Shown here: positions 63,694 to 64,000 of the stretch, piece after piece | Numbering within the stretch: the stretch's first letter is position 1 | How the letters are laid out: each line of letters begins with the position of its first letter | Assembly (NCBI GenBank): GCA_030390025.1 | Contig: CM059432.1 | Coordinates: 82,524,001-82,588,000 of the forward strand | DNA from: Squalus acanthias | Taxonomy: Eukaryota | Direction: 5' to 3' | DNA length: 64,000 nucleotides | Notes under the pieces: model-generated | What the model saw: the letters and a program-made list of their open reading frames with translations, nothing else | Database searches by the model: none | What the model was told of the DNA's origin: nothing | Position numbers and translations under genes: made by a program

Positions 63694-64000
63694 CCTGGGA
63701 GGCGCTGCACAATGAGTTGCCTGGCTCGACCTCCTGCCTCATGAGTCATTAGAGCGACCGCCTGCAGATCACTAATAGCGACCCCAGCACAGCCAGAATC
63801 TGGACAGGGGAAGGCAGAGCCTGTGGCAGAGGCCAGATGTGCGGGGGGTGGGGGCTGTGCGGGGTGAGGACCAGAATGCAACTCGTCCAGTTAACCGTCA
63901 ACATCACCTACCACCCCCAGAGGGGAATTGAGACTTACCTAGAAGTCGCAGCCTGTCTCCAGGTGAGTTGCTAGGACAATCCCCTCGCACCGCTGTCTGT

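Overview
Eukaryotic vertebrate DNA, most likely a cartilaginous fish. This is inferred from the repeat content: HER1-like CR1 LINEs, Deu-domain SINEs and a short Penelope-type repeat. One host gene is recognisable: the first coding exon of SLCO5A1/OATP5A1 (minus strand, 50679-51573, in a CpG island). Positions 1-50678 are therefore most likely one large intron. Most of the rest is nested transposable elements: many CR1 LINEs, L2 and RTE fragments, SINEs, hAT MITEs, and a rich set of PIF/Harbinger elements with Myb/SANT-like genes and one decayed HARBI1-like transposase. The most notable observations are: (1) a ~3.06-kb endonuclease-RT LINE with no ORF1, a tRNA-like A/B-box head and no TTTT on its sense strand, i.e. 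a candidate Pol III-transcribed protein-coding retrotransposon; (2) two different Harbinger elements inserted at the same nucleotide, in the same relative orientation, in two separate CR1 copies, within a target resembling the Harbinger3_DR consensus; (3) MITEs built from serial hairpins and splice signals; and (4) a minimal hammerhead-like motif in a Penelope-type repeat. All calls were made by eye, and boundaries without a stated TSD are approximate.
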